From Eledone cirrhosa (taxonomy: Eukaryota), in the NCBI GenBank assembly GCA_964016885.1, contig OZ024740.1, forward strand, positions 221,526,001-221,590,000: a DNA stretch of 64,000 bases, given 5' to 3'. Position 1 is the stretch's first letter. Each line of letters opens with the position of its first letter. The notes below the pieces were generated by a model. That model worked only from the letters and a program-made list of their open reading frames with translations, was not told the DNA's origin and did no database searches. Shown here piece by piece: positions 11,470 to 24,023 of the stretch. The translations under genes were made by a program, and so were the position numbers.

Positions 11470-14400
11470 TCTTTCTCTTAATTTCGAGTATATTTTTTTG
11501 ACCGGCCACCTTCCTGGTGGCAAGATTGTAAAAGAAAAGAAATTGTCATCCCTTGAATCGCAGAATGTTTTGCAAATTTTGAAGGTGCCAGCTATCGCAG
11601 CCATTTGTAGACTATGAATTAGGGAGCTGCGCTTTTTGTCCGCAAATCCAAGTTCAGTCATACTTTGGTCTAAGCGGGTTGGTATATAACCCGTAGCTCC
11701 AATAATGATGGGTATGAAGCTAAAGGTGTATCTTGGATACTGGATTTGTAAACTCCTCATCAATGGTCCGCAGATGTCCTCCTTCTCCTGTATTTTTCTG
11801 ACAACGTTTACATCAAGTGGGCAGCTGATCTCCACAACAGAACACGTTTTCAATGTGTGGTCCCAAACAACAATATCAGGTCGGTTGTGCTTTAATTTGG
11901 TGGCAGTTTTTATTTTCAGGTTCCACCAGTATTCCTTAGTGCCATCTGTCTCAATATATTCCTCCTCATTTGTTGTTAATTTTGTTTTCCGAAGTGCGTT
12001 CCAGATGGTTCTAGCTATCCCAACGTGTCTCATGGGGAGGTAGTAGCGAGATGACATTCTTTCGCAGCTGGCAACAATGTGGCTTACATCCTCGATCTTT
12101 GTTTTACATAGCCTACATTTATTTTCAGCTGCTGTCCCTCCTCTTTTGTGCAGCAGATATTTGGTAGGGAGTTCTTGTTCCTGTATTGCATAGAGATATC
12201 CCTCAAGGTGTGATGTCGTAAACTTGTCGGAACTCCATGCCAGGCTTTTTGAGTGGTTTATCCCCTCTATGGTCTGTGTTTTATGCCTCAAGTATCCATG
12301 CACAACTTTTTCTGTAAATTGGTCAATTTTTTAATCTTGTTTGAACATTGAATAGGATCTTCCGATTTCTCTGGGTGAGAGATTTATATCAGGCTTTATT
12401 CCATATCTCTCCTCCAGATCAGTCGCTATTCTAATGATATTTTTTTTTTCATGCTCATAAACCTGGGCAAGATGGTTGCCAACCTTTTTCCTCTGTTGAA
12501 GGTGTTGCTTCAGTGTTACTATCCGGGTCTCATATGTTGTTAATATTGATTTTAGACCCCGGCCACCTTCTTTGCGTGAGAAGTATAGCCTATCCACATC
12601 ACCATTGATGTTAAAGTTCCCAGTAACACTGAGAAGTTTTCGAGTTCTAACATCCATCTCACTTAGTTCTCGCAATGACCAGTTCAGCAGGCCAAATGTT
12701 GGCGTTAGAATTGGCACAGCATAAGTATTGTGTGCAATGTATTTGTTGTATGCTGAAGTTCTGATGACCATATTTTCTTTACTCTTCTGAGGTATTCAGT
12801 TCTGGTTCTCTCCTTATTTATGGGTCCATCATATCTGACATTCTCATCCTGTCCAAGACATCTGTAGTTGTCACCTGACTGCAGAGGTTGTATTGTCAGG
12901 CCGTTCATCTCTAGATTTCTAGAGGAGGGCACAGCTCTTCCACGTTTTACTGCCAAATATGCACACTTGGACTCACCAAATTTCATTTTGATGTCGGTTG
13001 AAAATTGTGTAATGAGGTCCAATTGTTTCTTGATGTCATTGATATTTGGCCCATACAACTTCAGGTCATCAATAAAGAAAAGATGGGAGATACTTCTGGG
13101 CCCACTTCTTTGTCCACCTTGTTTCCTGAGTAGGTAAGATAGTGGATTCAGTGAGAGAACAAAGAGTATCAGTGACAAGCTATCACCCTGAAAGATGCCC
13201 TTCTGGTAATGTATCTTATCAGTCTTAACTTGCTCCTTGTCACCTCTAAGGATCAAATTGGTGTACCAGTTCTTGGTCAGGCGTTCAACAGCAGCTACCA
13301 ATGGTTGTGGGACTTTAGCTAACTGTAAAGCCTTAATAATCCACCCATGAGGTACACTATCAAATGATTTTTGATAGTCCAGCCACACCACAGTCATGTT
13401 TCTGCGATTCTTTGTTGTTTTTTCCTGAATCATTTTGTTGGTTAGTAGGTGATCTATGCAACCCCACACCCCCCTCTTTCCACCAGCTTGCTCAGGTGTT
13501 ATGATGTTGGTAGCACAGTGATCCTGTAAGAACAGGTTAAGGCACCCAGTATATAATTTATACATGATGTTTTGGCAGGCTATTGGGCGGTAATTTTTAG
13601 CAAGGGTGGTTTGGCTATTTTTGGGAATGAGGAGCGTAGTGGCAGTTGATAACCATCTGGGCAGTTCTTGTGTGCCTTTAATGGTTTCTGTAAACAGCCG
13701 TATGAGATATTGCCGATAGAAAGTGAAATTCTTCAACCAGTATCCTGTAATGAGGTCTGGGCCTGGCGATTTCCTATTCGACATTTTCTGTAGAGCTGTT
13801 TCCAGTATTGACCCATCTATGTCATATTGTTTTATCTGGACATGTTGGCAGTAGTCCTGTTCCAGTTATTTTAGCCAATTAGTTTGTCTGTTGAATCCGT
13901 CATCCGTTTCCCATACAGATCTCCAGTAGCTCTCAACCTGTTCTTTTGAAGGGGTGTCGTTTACAGGGATTGAGCTTTTGCCACCGAAGCTGCGATAAAC
14001 TGATTTAGGATCATTGGCAAACAATCTATTTAGCACTTGTCGTTCATGTGCTGTTGACTTATATTTTAGTCTTTCTGTTGTAGCTGTGAGTTGTTGTTTC
14101 AACTGGTGTAATTTGGAGTTCAAAGTTTTAAATTTTGTATCTCCAAATCGTCTCTCTAACTTTTTCTTTAGGTCTTCCTGGTGTCATGTGAAGTTGCTCT
14201 CTATGTTGCATTTCATAACGACTGCGATGTGTGAGATACTTCGTCTCAGGGACAAAATTTTGGTTTTTAAATTTCGCATCCACGCTGGTTCAGGCTTTCT
14301 GTTTGTATCTTGATTGCGTGGTTTTAGATGTGTGTTATATGATAGCAATGTGACAGCTGAAACATATAACAAAACATTAAGCGTTTCAAATGTCGTTTCT

Positions 14401-15470
14401 ACACCTTTAGATCGTATAGCCTTCAGATAATTGCCAGCTATTTCCTTCACCGCTTCCAATTCCACTTTAGTGGGTTCTTTCCTGATTCTGGTGTTGTATG
14501 GTCTGTCACTCACATTAAGGCTGTGTATCTCTTGAAACATATCGTCCCATATCACTTGTAGGGTGTCCACAAGTTTTTGGTGCTCTGTTTGTTCAGTAGA
14601 GTCATGAATTTCAGCCTCGTTGTTGATATGGTGACAATTACTACTAGAGTTAGCTGACCTTTCTCGCTGTTCTTCAGTGGAAGTGGGATGGATTTCAGCA
14701 AAATTGTTGGTGAGCTGTTCACTGTTAGATTTAGCTGGCCATTCTCTTTGTCTGTCAGTGGAGGTGGGGTGGTTGTCTACAAGGGATGTATTTGTAGTAT
14801 CACTCAATTCCGTTAGATGTATCAATTTACATCTAATGATACGTTTTGCCTGTTCATTTAAATGTTTTGGAGAAAAGTCTAATTCTGGGTGTTTGGAGTT
14901 CCATAAAGTTTTTAGCCTTTGCATAAAACCGAACTTTTGGGGTTCAGATTGTTTGTATGCTTCATATAATACTTTGTTAAGCTAGTAGCTCCACTGTATA
15001 CAACGGTTGTAGTTGCGATTTGGTCGAAGGAGACTTGTACTTTTTGCCATGATAAGTTCGTCTATTCACTAATATTTCGTATTTAGTTTTCAAAATAGTC
15101 GATGATCTTCTTTAAAAGTTTCGACAAAGTTATGCCAGAATCAAATTTAAAGTTATTCACAGCTTGGGTAATATTTCTTTTCAGTTAGTTTTTAATTCTA
15201 CAACTGTGTCTTAAACGTTGTTCTTGAAACGTGTGAATCGAGAACAAAAAGAACCGTTACTTAGTATATTCCTTTATGAATGTAATATAATATAACAACG
15301 CTGTATTTATATGTTAAAGTTTATGTATCATTCACATAAATAGGTGTTCTACAACATATTCACAGTTCAAACACTTATGTTTTTGTTTCTGAATCGAAAA
15401 CGTTACTTGTATATTTCTTTATAAATGTAATATAACAACGTTGCATTTATATGTTAAAGTATATGTATCA
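11470..15470 (-). mobile_element. Near full-length, degenerate R4/Dong-clade non-LTR retrotransposon (RT + CCHC + RLE)
   Basis: Single ORF from about 15050 (MAKST...GFMQRLKTLW), broken by stops and frameshifts. RT motifs KSPGPD, NYRPIAC, WLDYQKSFDSVPH, GIFQGDSLS and HLFFIDDLKLY; zinc knuckle CRLC...HIVASC; RLE RH...RPDIVVWD...VVEISCP...KED. (TATG)n on both flanks. Confidence 0.92.
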
Positions 15471-15545
15471 TGTATGTATGTATGTATGTATGTATGTATG
15501 TATGTATGTATGTATGTATGTATGTATGTATGTATGTATGTATGT

Positions 15546-16231
15546 TTGGAAAGCTCTATGTGTGACAGTATAGAAGCTCTTGTGCTTAAGCAGCGACTCC
15601 GTTGGAGTGGTCACCTTGCCAGGATGAAGGATTCTAGAATACCAAAACAACTCTTCTATGGAGAGTTGGTTAAAGGAAAACGACCGCCACATAAACCAAA
15701 AAAGAGGTATAAGGATTCCTTGAAGGCCTCTCTGAAAGACGCTAACATCTCTGCTGATACATGGGAAAATATTGCTGCTGATCGTAATAAATGGAGAAAG
15801 ACTGTATATGAGGGAAAAGTTGCCTTTGAGGCATCTCGAATCGCACACGAGAAAGTAAAGCGGGACGTGAGGAAGGGTATTGCTGTTGCACTTCCAGACG
15901 GCGAGGGTCCTCCTATGTTTCTGACATGCAGCGTCTGTGCGAGACTCTGCCTAAGCAAAGCTGGACTCGAAAGTCATCTTCGCAGTCATAAAGTAAGACC
16001 AGTGGTTGACTACCAGGCTGCTGTTGGAGATGCTACTCATCATGCTTGCCAAACATGTGGTAGAGAATGTAAATCAGCAGGAGGACTCAAGCGACATGCA
16101 AAAGTACACGAACTCCAACCACAGCCGACTATTCCCAGTAAATGTTTTGGTTGCCGACTCTGTGCAAGACATTTTAGATCATTGGCTGGGCTAAAAAGCC
16201 ACATTCGATCGCAGCACTGTTAGTTGCTATC

Positions 16232-16269
<38 letters not shown>

Positions 16270-16348
16270 GCTTATGTGCGTGCGTGTGTGTGTATATATA
16301 TATGAATATGTATATTATTGTTGTTGTTGTCGTTATTAATATTATTGC

Positions 16349-16397
<49 letters not shown>

Positions 16398-16517
16398 GTT
16401 ATTAATGTATGTGTGTATATATGTGTGAGTGTATGTGTATGTATGTGTGTGTGTATATATGTATGTATGTGTATGTATGTGTGTGTATATATATGTGTAT
16501 GTATATATATATGTATA

Positions 16518-16550
<33 letters not shown>

Positions 16551-16584
16551 CTTTTCCCTTTTTTTTTTTTTTTTTTTTTTTTTC

Positions 16585-16644
<60 letters not shown>

Positions 16645-16730
16645 TTTTTTTTTTTTTATTTTTTTTTTTATTTTATTTATTTTTTTTTTATTGTGCAATG
16701 GCCATACTCGATAACGAGGGGGCAGCCATC
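15546..16730 (+). mobile_element. 5'-truncated RTE-clade LINE (family 1) with three C-terminal C2H2 fingers
   Basis: LRWSGHLARM...RIPKQLFYGEL..GKR RTE C-terminus, then CSVC..HLRSH, CQTC..HAKVH and CRLC..HIRSQH. The 3' UTR is interrupted by microsatellites. Terminal GGCCATACTCGATAACGAGGGGGCAGCCATC(ATGT)n. Confidence 0.88.
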
Positions 16731-16751
16731 ATGTATGTATGTATGTATGTT

Positions 16752-17715
16752 ATCTCTTTCTCTTAATTTCGAGTATATTTTTGACCGGCCACCTTCCTGG
16801 TGGCAAGGTTGTAAAAGAAAAGAAATTGTTTATGTATGAACGTCCAGTATGTGTGCCTGGATATAAAGACTTCGGCTACATATAATGTATTTAAGTATTG
16901 TACAGTATGTGTGTATGTATGTATGTATGTATGTATGTATGTATGTATGTATGTATGTATGTATGTATGTATGTATGTATGTATGTATGTATGTATGTTA
17001 TCTCTTTCTCTTAATTTCGAGTATATTTTTTTGACCGGCCACCCTCCTGGTGGCAAGATTGTAAGTATGTATGTATGTATGTTATCTCTTTCTCTTAATT
17101 TCGAGTATATTTTTGACCGGCCACCTTCCTGGTGGCAAGGTAGTAAAAGAAAAGAAATTGTCATCCTTTGAATCGCAAGAATGTTTTGCAAATTTTGAAG
17201 GTGCCAGATACCGCAGCCATTTGTAGACTATGAATTAGGGAGCTGCGCTCTTTGTCCGCAAATCCAAGTTAAGTTGTACATTGGTCTAAGCGGGTTGGTA
17301 TATAACCCGTAGCTCCAATAATGATGGGTATGAAGCGCTAAAGGTGTATCTTGGATACTGGATTTGTAAACTCCTCATCAATGGTCCGTAGATGTCCTTC
17401 TTCTCCTGTATTTTTCTGACAACGTTTACACCAAGTGGGCAGCTGATCTCCACAACATAACGCGTTTTCAATGTATGGTCCCAAACAACAATATCAGGCC
17501 GGTTGTGCTTTAATTTGGTGGCAGTTTTTATTTTCAGGTTCCAACAGTATTCCTTAGTGCCATCTGTCTCAATATATTCCTCCTCATTTGTTGTTAATTT
17601 TGTTTTCCGAAGTGCGTTCCAGAGGGTTCTAGCTATCCCATCGTGTCTCATGGGGAGGTAGTAGCGAAATGACATTCTTTCGATCTTTGTTTTACATAGC
17701 CTGCATTTATTGTCA
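16752..17715 (-). mobile_element. Stacked 3' fragments of the R4-clade element (RLE region plus three 3' UTR ends)
   Basis: 17081-17700 is a close copy of 11470-12115 with a deletion. Extra 3' ends at 16752-16828 and 16998-17062, each abutting (TATG)n. Confidence 0.88.
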
Positions 17716-17800
17716 GCTGTATGTATGTATGTATGTATGTATGTATGTATGTATGTATGTATGTATGTATGTATGTATGTATGTATGTATGTATGTATGT

Positions 17801-18412
17801 CTTTATGTCAGGTCACCAGTTGGTGCTACTGGTAACATGTATCCCAGTACAACCTGTCTCATGGTCGGATCGTTGGCGACTAAACTGGCAACCCCACCAA
17901 GGTTTCTTGGTGAGGAGGGTGACTTTGGACATCCTGCAGGACAAAAAAAAAAACCTGTCAAAGGCCAAAGGAGCTCTTAAGAGTCAATGGCCATCCAAAA
18001 TCACCAGGAGAGATGACCCCTTAGCTTTTGTCAAGGCAGAATTCTAGGAGAAGGAAAACTCTGATATAACACCTGCAACTCTGATAGTATCCAATGATGT
18101 TGACTTGTTCTTCTTTTTGGTAAATATCATCTTGGTTAAGAGAGTTGGACTGGCTTTTTCAGTACCTTTGCTCACTATAAAAGCTTCACGGCACAGGCAT
18201 TGCTTTATATCTGGAGATCTCTCTGCACTTGTCGTCACATGGTACCATGGGCCCAGCACTATGTGTCAATAATTGTCACAAGTGTAGTGTTTGTACCAGA
18301 GTTTTCAAGTCGCTGGCTGGACTAAAAGTCACACTCGTTCAACGCATCGGTAGGGGTTCTCCTACATGGATATAAAGTAGTGGCCGTACTCGAAAACGAG
18401 TTGGCAGCCACC
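17801..18412 (+). mobile_element. Non-autonomous RTE-derived element, longest copy (copy 2)
   Basis: The 5' part contains CTAGGAGAAGGAAAACTCTGA. The 3' ~170 bp match the RTE at 61500-61669. (ATGT)n on both sides. Confidence 0.88.
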
Positions 18413-18454
18413 ATGTATGTATGTATGTATGTATGTATGTATGTATGTATGTAT

Positions 18455-18912
18455 GTCAAAGGGCAAGGGAGCTCTTAAGACTCAATAGCCATCCAAAATC
18501 ACCGGGAGAGATGACCCCTTAGCCTTTGTCAAGGCAGAATTCTAGGAGAAGGAAAACTCTGATATAACACCTGCAACCCTGATGGTATCCAATGATGTTG
18601 ACTTGTTCTTCTTTTTGGTAAATATCATCTTGGTTAAGAGAGTGGGACTGGCTTTGTGCAGTGCCTTTGCTCACTATAAAAGCTTCACAGCACAGGCATT
18701 GCTTTGTATCTGGAGATCTCTCTGCACTTGTCATCACATGGTACCATGGGCCCTGCACTATGTGTCAATAATGGTCACAAGTGTAGTGTTTGTACCAGAG
18801 TTTTCAAGTCGCTGGCTGGACTAAAAAGTCACATTCGTTCAGCGCATCGGTAGGGGTTCTCCTACATGGATATAAAGTAATGGCCGTACTCGAAAACGAG
18901 TTGGCAGCCACC
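18455..18912 (+). mobile_element. Non-autonomous RTE-derived element (copy 3)
   Basis: Tandem, 5'-truncated copy inside (ATGT)n. Confidence 0.9.
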
Positions 18913-19052
18913 ATGTATGTATGTATGTATGTATGTATGTATGTATGTATGCATATATATATATATGTGAATGGATGTGTGGATGGATATTAATATGTAT
19001 GTATAAATGTAAATATGTATGTGTGCGTGTATGTATATATGTATGTATGTAT

Positions 19053-20364
19053 GTTTACCTTGTATTTCGCAATGGTGTTCTTCATGGCCTTCAAGGATGG
19101 TCAACACGGTATCTATCTCAGATATCGCACTTCCGGCAAGCTCTTTAACCTCAGGCGTCTCACTGCCAACACTAAGGTATTGAGTACCTTGATCAGAGAA
19201 TTTCTATATGCAGATGATTGTGATCTGTTTGCACACTCCCAGAGTGACATGCATCATCTTAAGAATTCTTTTTCCAATGCGTGCAGTGCTTTGGGACTGA
19301 CAATCAGTCTGAAGAAGACTGTCGTCATGTACCAACCTGCTCCGGATAAAGTTTTCAATGAACCCTCCTTACACGTATACGGTCAAAAGCTGAAGGTTGC
19401 TGACACATTTGTGTACTTGGGGAGTACTCTGAGTGTGGCCTGCTCTCTGGATGCAGAAGTTGGTCTACGTGTTAGTAAGGCAAGTGAGTCATTTGGAAGG
19501 CTCCAGTGACCGTCTTTGGTGCAGGCGAGGAATCACAATGAGGACCAAGGTGAGAGTTTATGCTGCATGTGTACTGTCAGCTTTGCTGTATGCATGTGAG
19601 ACATGGGTTGCCTACAAACGGCATGTCCACAGACTGGACCGGTTTCACCAGCAGTGTCTCAGAAAGATGCTTGGTATCAAGTGGCAGATGCATGTGAGTG
19701 ATGTTGAGGTCCTTGAGAGAAGTGAGTATCGGAGCATTGAGTGTATCATCCACCAATGGCGTTTGCAATGGACCGGACACATCTGCAGAATAGAGGATGA
19801 TCGAATCCCAAAACAACTCTTGTATGGTGAGCTTTGTGAGGGTAAGAGACAACCTCACAAACCAAAGCTCCGATTCAATGATTGTGTAAAGGACTCATTG
19901 AAAAAACTGGTTTGATGATGGCTGACTGGGAGATAGCAGCTCTTGAAAGAGAGACTTGGCGTGGAATGGTGAATGATGGGATCCATAAGTTTGAGGACAG
20001 ACGCATAGAGGACGAGAAGATCAAACGGGATGTGTGTAAGCAATGCCCTGGTGTATCTCTCGAAACGATCGGTGTCTCCATTGAATTGAAGTGCCCTGAG
20101 TGTGGAAAAATTTGGTTGAGCAAATCTGGTCTCAGGAGCCACAGTCGCAGCCATGCTCAAAGAGAACCAGTGAACTATGATCTCCACGGTGTTGTGAGAG
20201 TTCACAGGCAACCTGATGCAAGACCTCAGGCCAGGGAGATCCATGGTTGTCGTCAGTGTGTGAAGGAGTGCAAGTCTCTAGCAGGCTTGAAAAGCCATAT
20301 GCGAGCGTCACACATCTGAACCTGACAAGCGATTGCAATACTCTTAGCAGAGTTTACAGCCATC
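19053..20364 (+). mobile_element. 5'-truncated RTE-clade (BovB-like) LINE (family 2) with two C2H2 fingers
   Basis: GIYLRYRTSGKLFNLRRL, FLYADDC, FVYLGS, LLYACETW, RIPKQLLYGEL; CPEC..HSRSH and CRQC..HMRASH. Frameshifted. Confidence 0.92.
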
Positions 20365-20399
20365 ATGTATACATGCATGAACGTATGTATGTAAGTATG

Positions 20400-20491
<92 letters not shown>

Positions 20492-20789
20492 AATATGTGT
20501 GTATGTATGCATCTACGTATGTATATATGTATGTATGTATAATTAATTTAAATATATGTGTGCATGTATGTGTGCATCTCTACTGGTGTATCGCTATGAA
20601 AATTCTTACATTTCACACACATACATATACATCTTCATTTATACATATATACACGAAGTTGCATAAATACACACATACATATTTATCTATCCATGTGTAC
20701 ACTCAGACTTTTCCTCTAGGGGTGAGTAAAAAAACATTCAACCAAAGCATCAAGGCACACACATATTTACAAGTGTGGGGTGTAAATGG

Positions 20790-21339
20790 CATAGGCTGAC
20801 TATGAAAAAGTAATGCTAGTTTTGTGGGATACTAAAGGCATTGTGTTTATTGATTATCTTCAAAAGGGCCACACCATAAAACGAGAGTACTATGTCGATT
20901 TTTTGAGGCATTTGTGAAAGGCTATCAAGACCAAATGCACAGGATAACTGACAAAAGGGGTCTTGTTTTATCAGGATAATGTTCCTATACACAATTCGTT
21001 GTTTCGAAGGCTGCTGTGCGTGACTGTGGCTTTGAACTGGTTGATTACTCTCCTTATTCTCCTGATTTGGCTCCATCTAACTATCATCTGCACCCTAACA
21101 CGAAAAACCCTTGACTGAGAACCAGTACAGCAGTGATGATGACGTCATATCTGCTGTTGGCTTTTTTTTTTTTTAACCAACAGGATGAAACCTCCTTCCT
21201 CAATAGGAACCAAGCACTGCAACATCGATAGAAGAAATGTCTGGGCCGCAAGGAGGACTATGTTGAAAATATACCTCATTTGGTCATATTCCCTGAGAGT
21301 ATCTTGCTCAGTCTATGAACTTTTCAGCCGACCCTCGTA
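20790..21339 (+). mobile_element. mariner transposase 3' relic with right TIR
   Basis: Translation VLWDTKGIVFIDYLQKGHTI...FYQDN...YSPDLAPSNY. Ends CTATGAACTTTTCAGCCGACCCTCG-TA. Confidence 0.88.
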
Positions 21340-21479
21340 CATACATACACAAATAAAAATGCACATATGCATTCATATACACTCACAGGTGCAAAAAGTC
21401 TTTCCTACACATAGGCTCACACACACACACACACATTGGGGTTATGGAACATCACATAGACACACATACACACACTACA

Positions 21480-22430
21480 CACCCTCTCTTTGTCTTTCTC
21501 TTTCTCACACATATACTCTCACACTCTTTTTAACTTTCTCTCTCACACACACACACTCTCTCTTACAGACTCTCTCTTCCACACTCTCTCTTACAGACTC
21601 TCTCTTACAGACTCTCTTCCACACACTCTCTCTCTTACACACACCCTCTCTCTCTCGCACATACCCTCTCTCTCTCACACATACCCCCTCTCTCTCTCAC
21701 ACATTCTATCGCTCTCTTCCACATACTCTCTCTCTCTCTTCCACACTCTCTCTTACACACACGCTATCACTCTCTCTCTCTCTTTCTCTCTTACACACAC
21801 ACACTCTCTCTCTCTCTTTCTCTCTTACACACACACACTTTCTCTCTCTCTCTCTTCCACACTCTCTATTACACACACACACTCTCTCTCTCTCTCTCTC
21901 ACTCTTCCACACTCTCTCTTCCACACACACACTCTCTCTCTCTCTTACACACACACTATCACTTTCTCTCTCTCTCTTCCACACACACACACACACTCTC
22001 TCTCTCTTCCACACACTCTCTCTCTTCCACACACACTCTCTCTCTCACACACTATTTCTCTGTCCCTTTCTTACACACAACCTTATCTCTTCGTTTCTCT
22101 TCCTCTCTTCCTCCTACATAATATATATATCACACTCACACATACACACCACCCACACACACATACACACCCACCCACACATACACTCACATGTGATATA
22201 TATACTCACATACACACATTTATACACTCACACATACACACACATTTATACACTCACACATACACACACATTCATACACTCACATACACAAACAACCACA
22301 CACACATACACTCACATGTGATATATATATACGCACAGCCACACACACACATATACACACATTTATACACTCACACATACACAACACATACCTACCTACA
22401 CACATACCTACACACACATACACACACATT
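21480..22430. repeat. (CT)n/(CA)n low-complexity tract
   Basis: Direct reading. Confidence 0.9.
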
Positions 22431-23720
22431 CATGCACTCACACATACACACACAACCACACACACATACACTGACAGTCACACATGCATACACACATTTA
22501 TACACTCACACATACACACACAACCACACACACATACACTGACAGTCACACATGCATACACACACATTTATACACTCACACATACACACACATTCATGCA
22601 CTCACACATACACACACAACCACACACACATACACTGACAGTCACACATGCATACACACATTTATACACTCACACATACACACACAACCACACACACATA
22701 CACTGACAGTCACACATGCATACACACATTTATACACTCACACACACACATACACTGACAGTCACACATGCATACACACACATTTATACACTCACACATA
22801 CACACACATTCATGCACTCACACATACACACACAACCACACACACATACACTGACAGTCACACATGCATACACACATTTATACACTCACACATACACACA
22901 CAACCACACACACATACACTGACAGTCACACATGCATACACACATTTATACACTCACACATACACACACATACACACACAACCACATACACATACACTCA
23001 CAGTCACACATGCATACACACATTTATACACTCACACATACACACACATACACTGACAGTCACAATGCATACACACATTTATACACTCACACATACACAC
23101 ATACACACACACATACACTGACAGTCACACATGCATACACACATTTATACACTCACACATACACACACAACCACACACACATACACTGACAGTCACACAT
23201 GCATACACACATTTATACACCCACACATACACACACATTCATGCACTCACACATACACACACAACCACACGCACATACACTCACAGTCACACATGCATAC
23301 ACACACATTTATACACTCACACATACACACACATTCAAGCACTCACACATACACACACAACCACACACACATACACTGACAGTCACACATGCATACACAC
23401 ATTTATACACTCACACATACACACACAACCACACACACATACACTGACAGTCACACATGCATACACACATTTATACACTTACACATACACACACAACCAC
23501 ACACACATACACTGACAGTCACACATGCATACACACATTTATACACTCACACATACACACACAACCACACACACACACATACACTGACAGTCACACATGC
23601 ATACACACATTTATACACTCACACATACACACACAACCACACACACACACATACACTGACAGTCACACATGCATACACACATTTATACACTCACACATAC
23701 ACACACAACCACACACACTC
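22430..23720. repeat. ~68-bp CA-rich minisatellite with CTGACAGTCA landmark
   Basis: CTGACAGTCA recurs at 22471, 22539 and onward, with length variants. Confidence 0.9.
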
Positions 23721-24023
23721 ACATATATACTCACACACACAATCTCATCACATCTCCAATTCTCTTTCTGCCTTCCTCTAACTTCCCCCCCCCCTCCACC
23801 CACATACAAACAGAATCAAATATTGGACATGAAGTGGATCAACACGCAATATAGTTACAGACACCTCCATACACTCTTGAGCTGGACATTAAAATATCTT
23901 ACATGTGATCTTCGACAGTGTGCTGAACACGCTAGCTGTAGTTGAGCTTGTATAGAGAAATGTTTGGTACAAGCAGAAAGACTGTAAATAATTAATGACA
24001 TTCCTTGCTTCTTAAAAAGAAAA

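Noticed and set aside
15441-16223. Host C2H2 zinc-finger gene
   Set aside because: The fingers are fused to an RTE RT C-terminus, and the N-terminus is translated (TATG)n.
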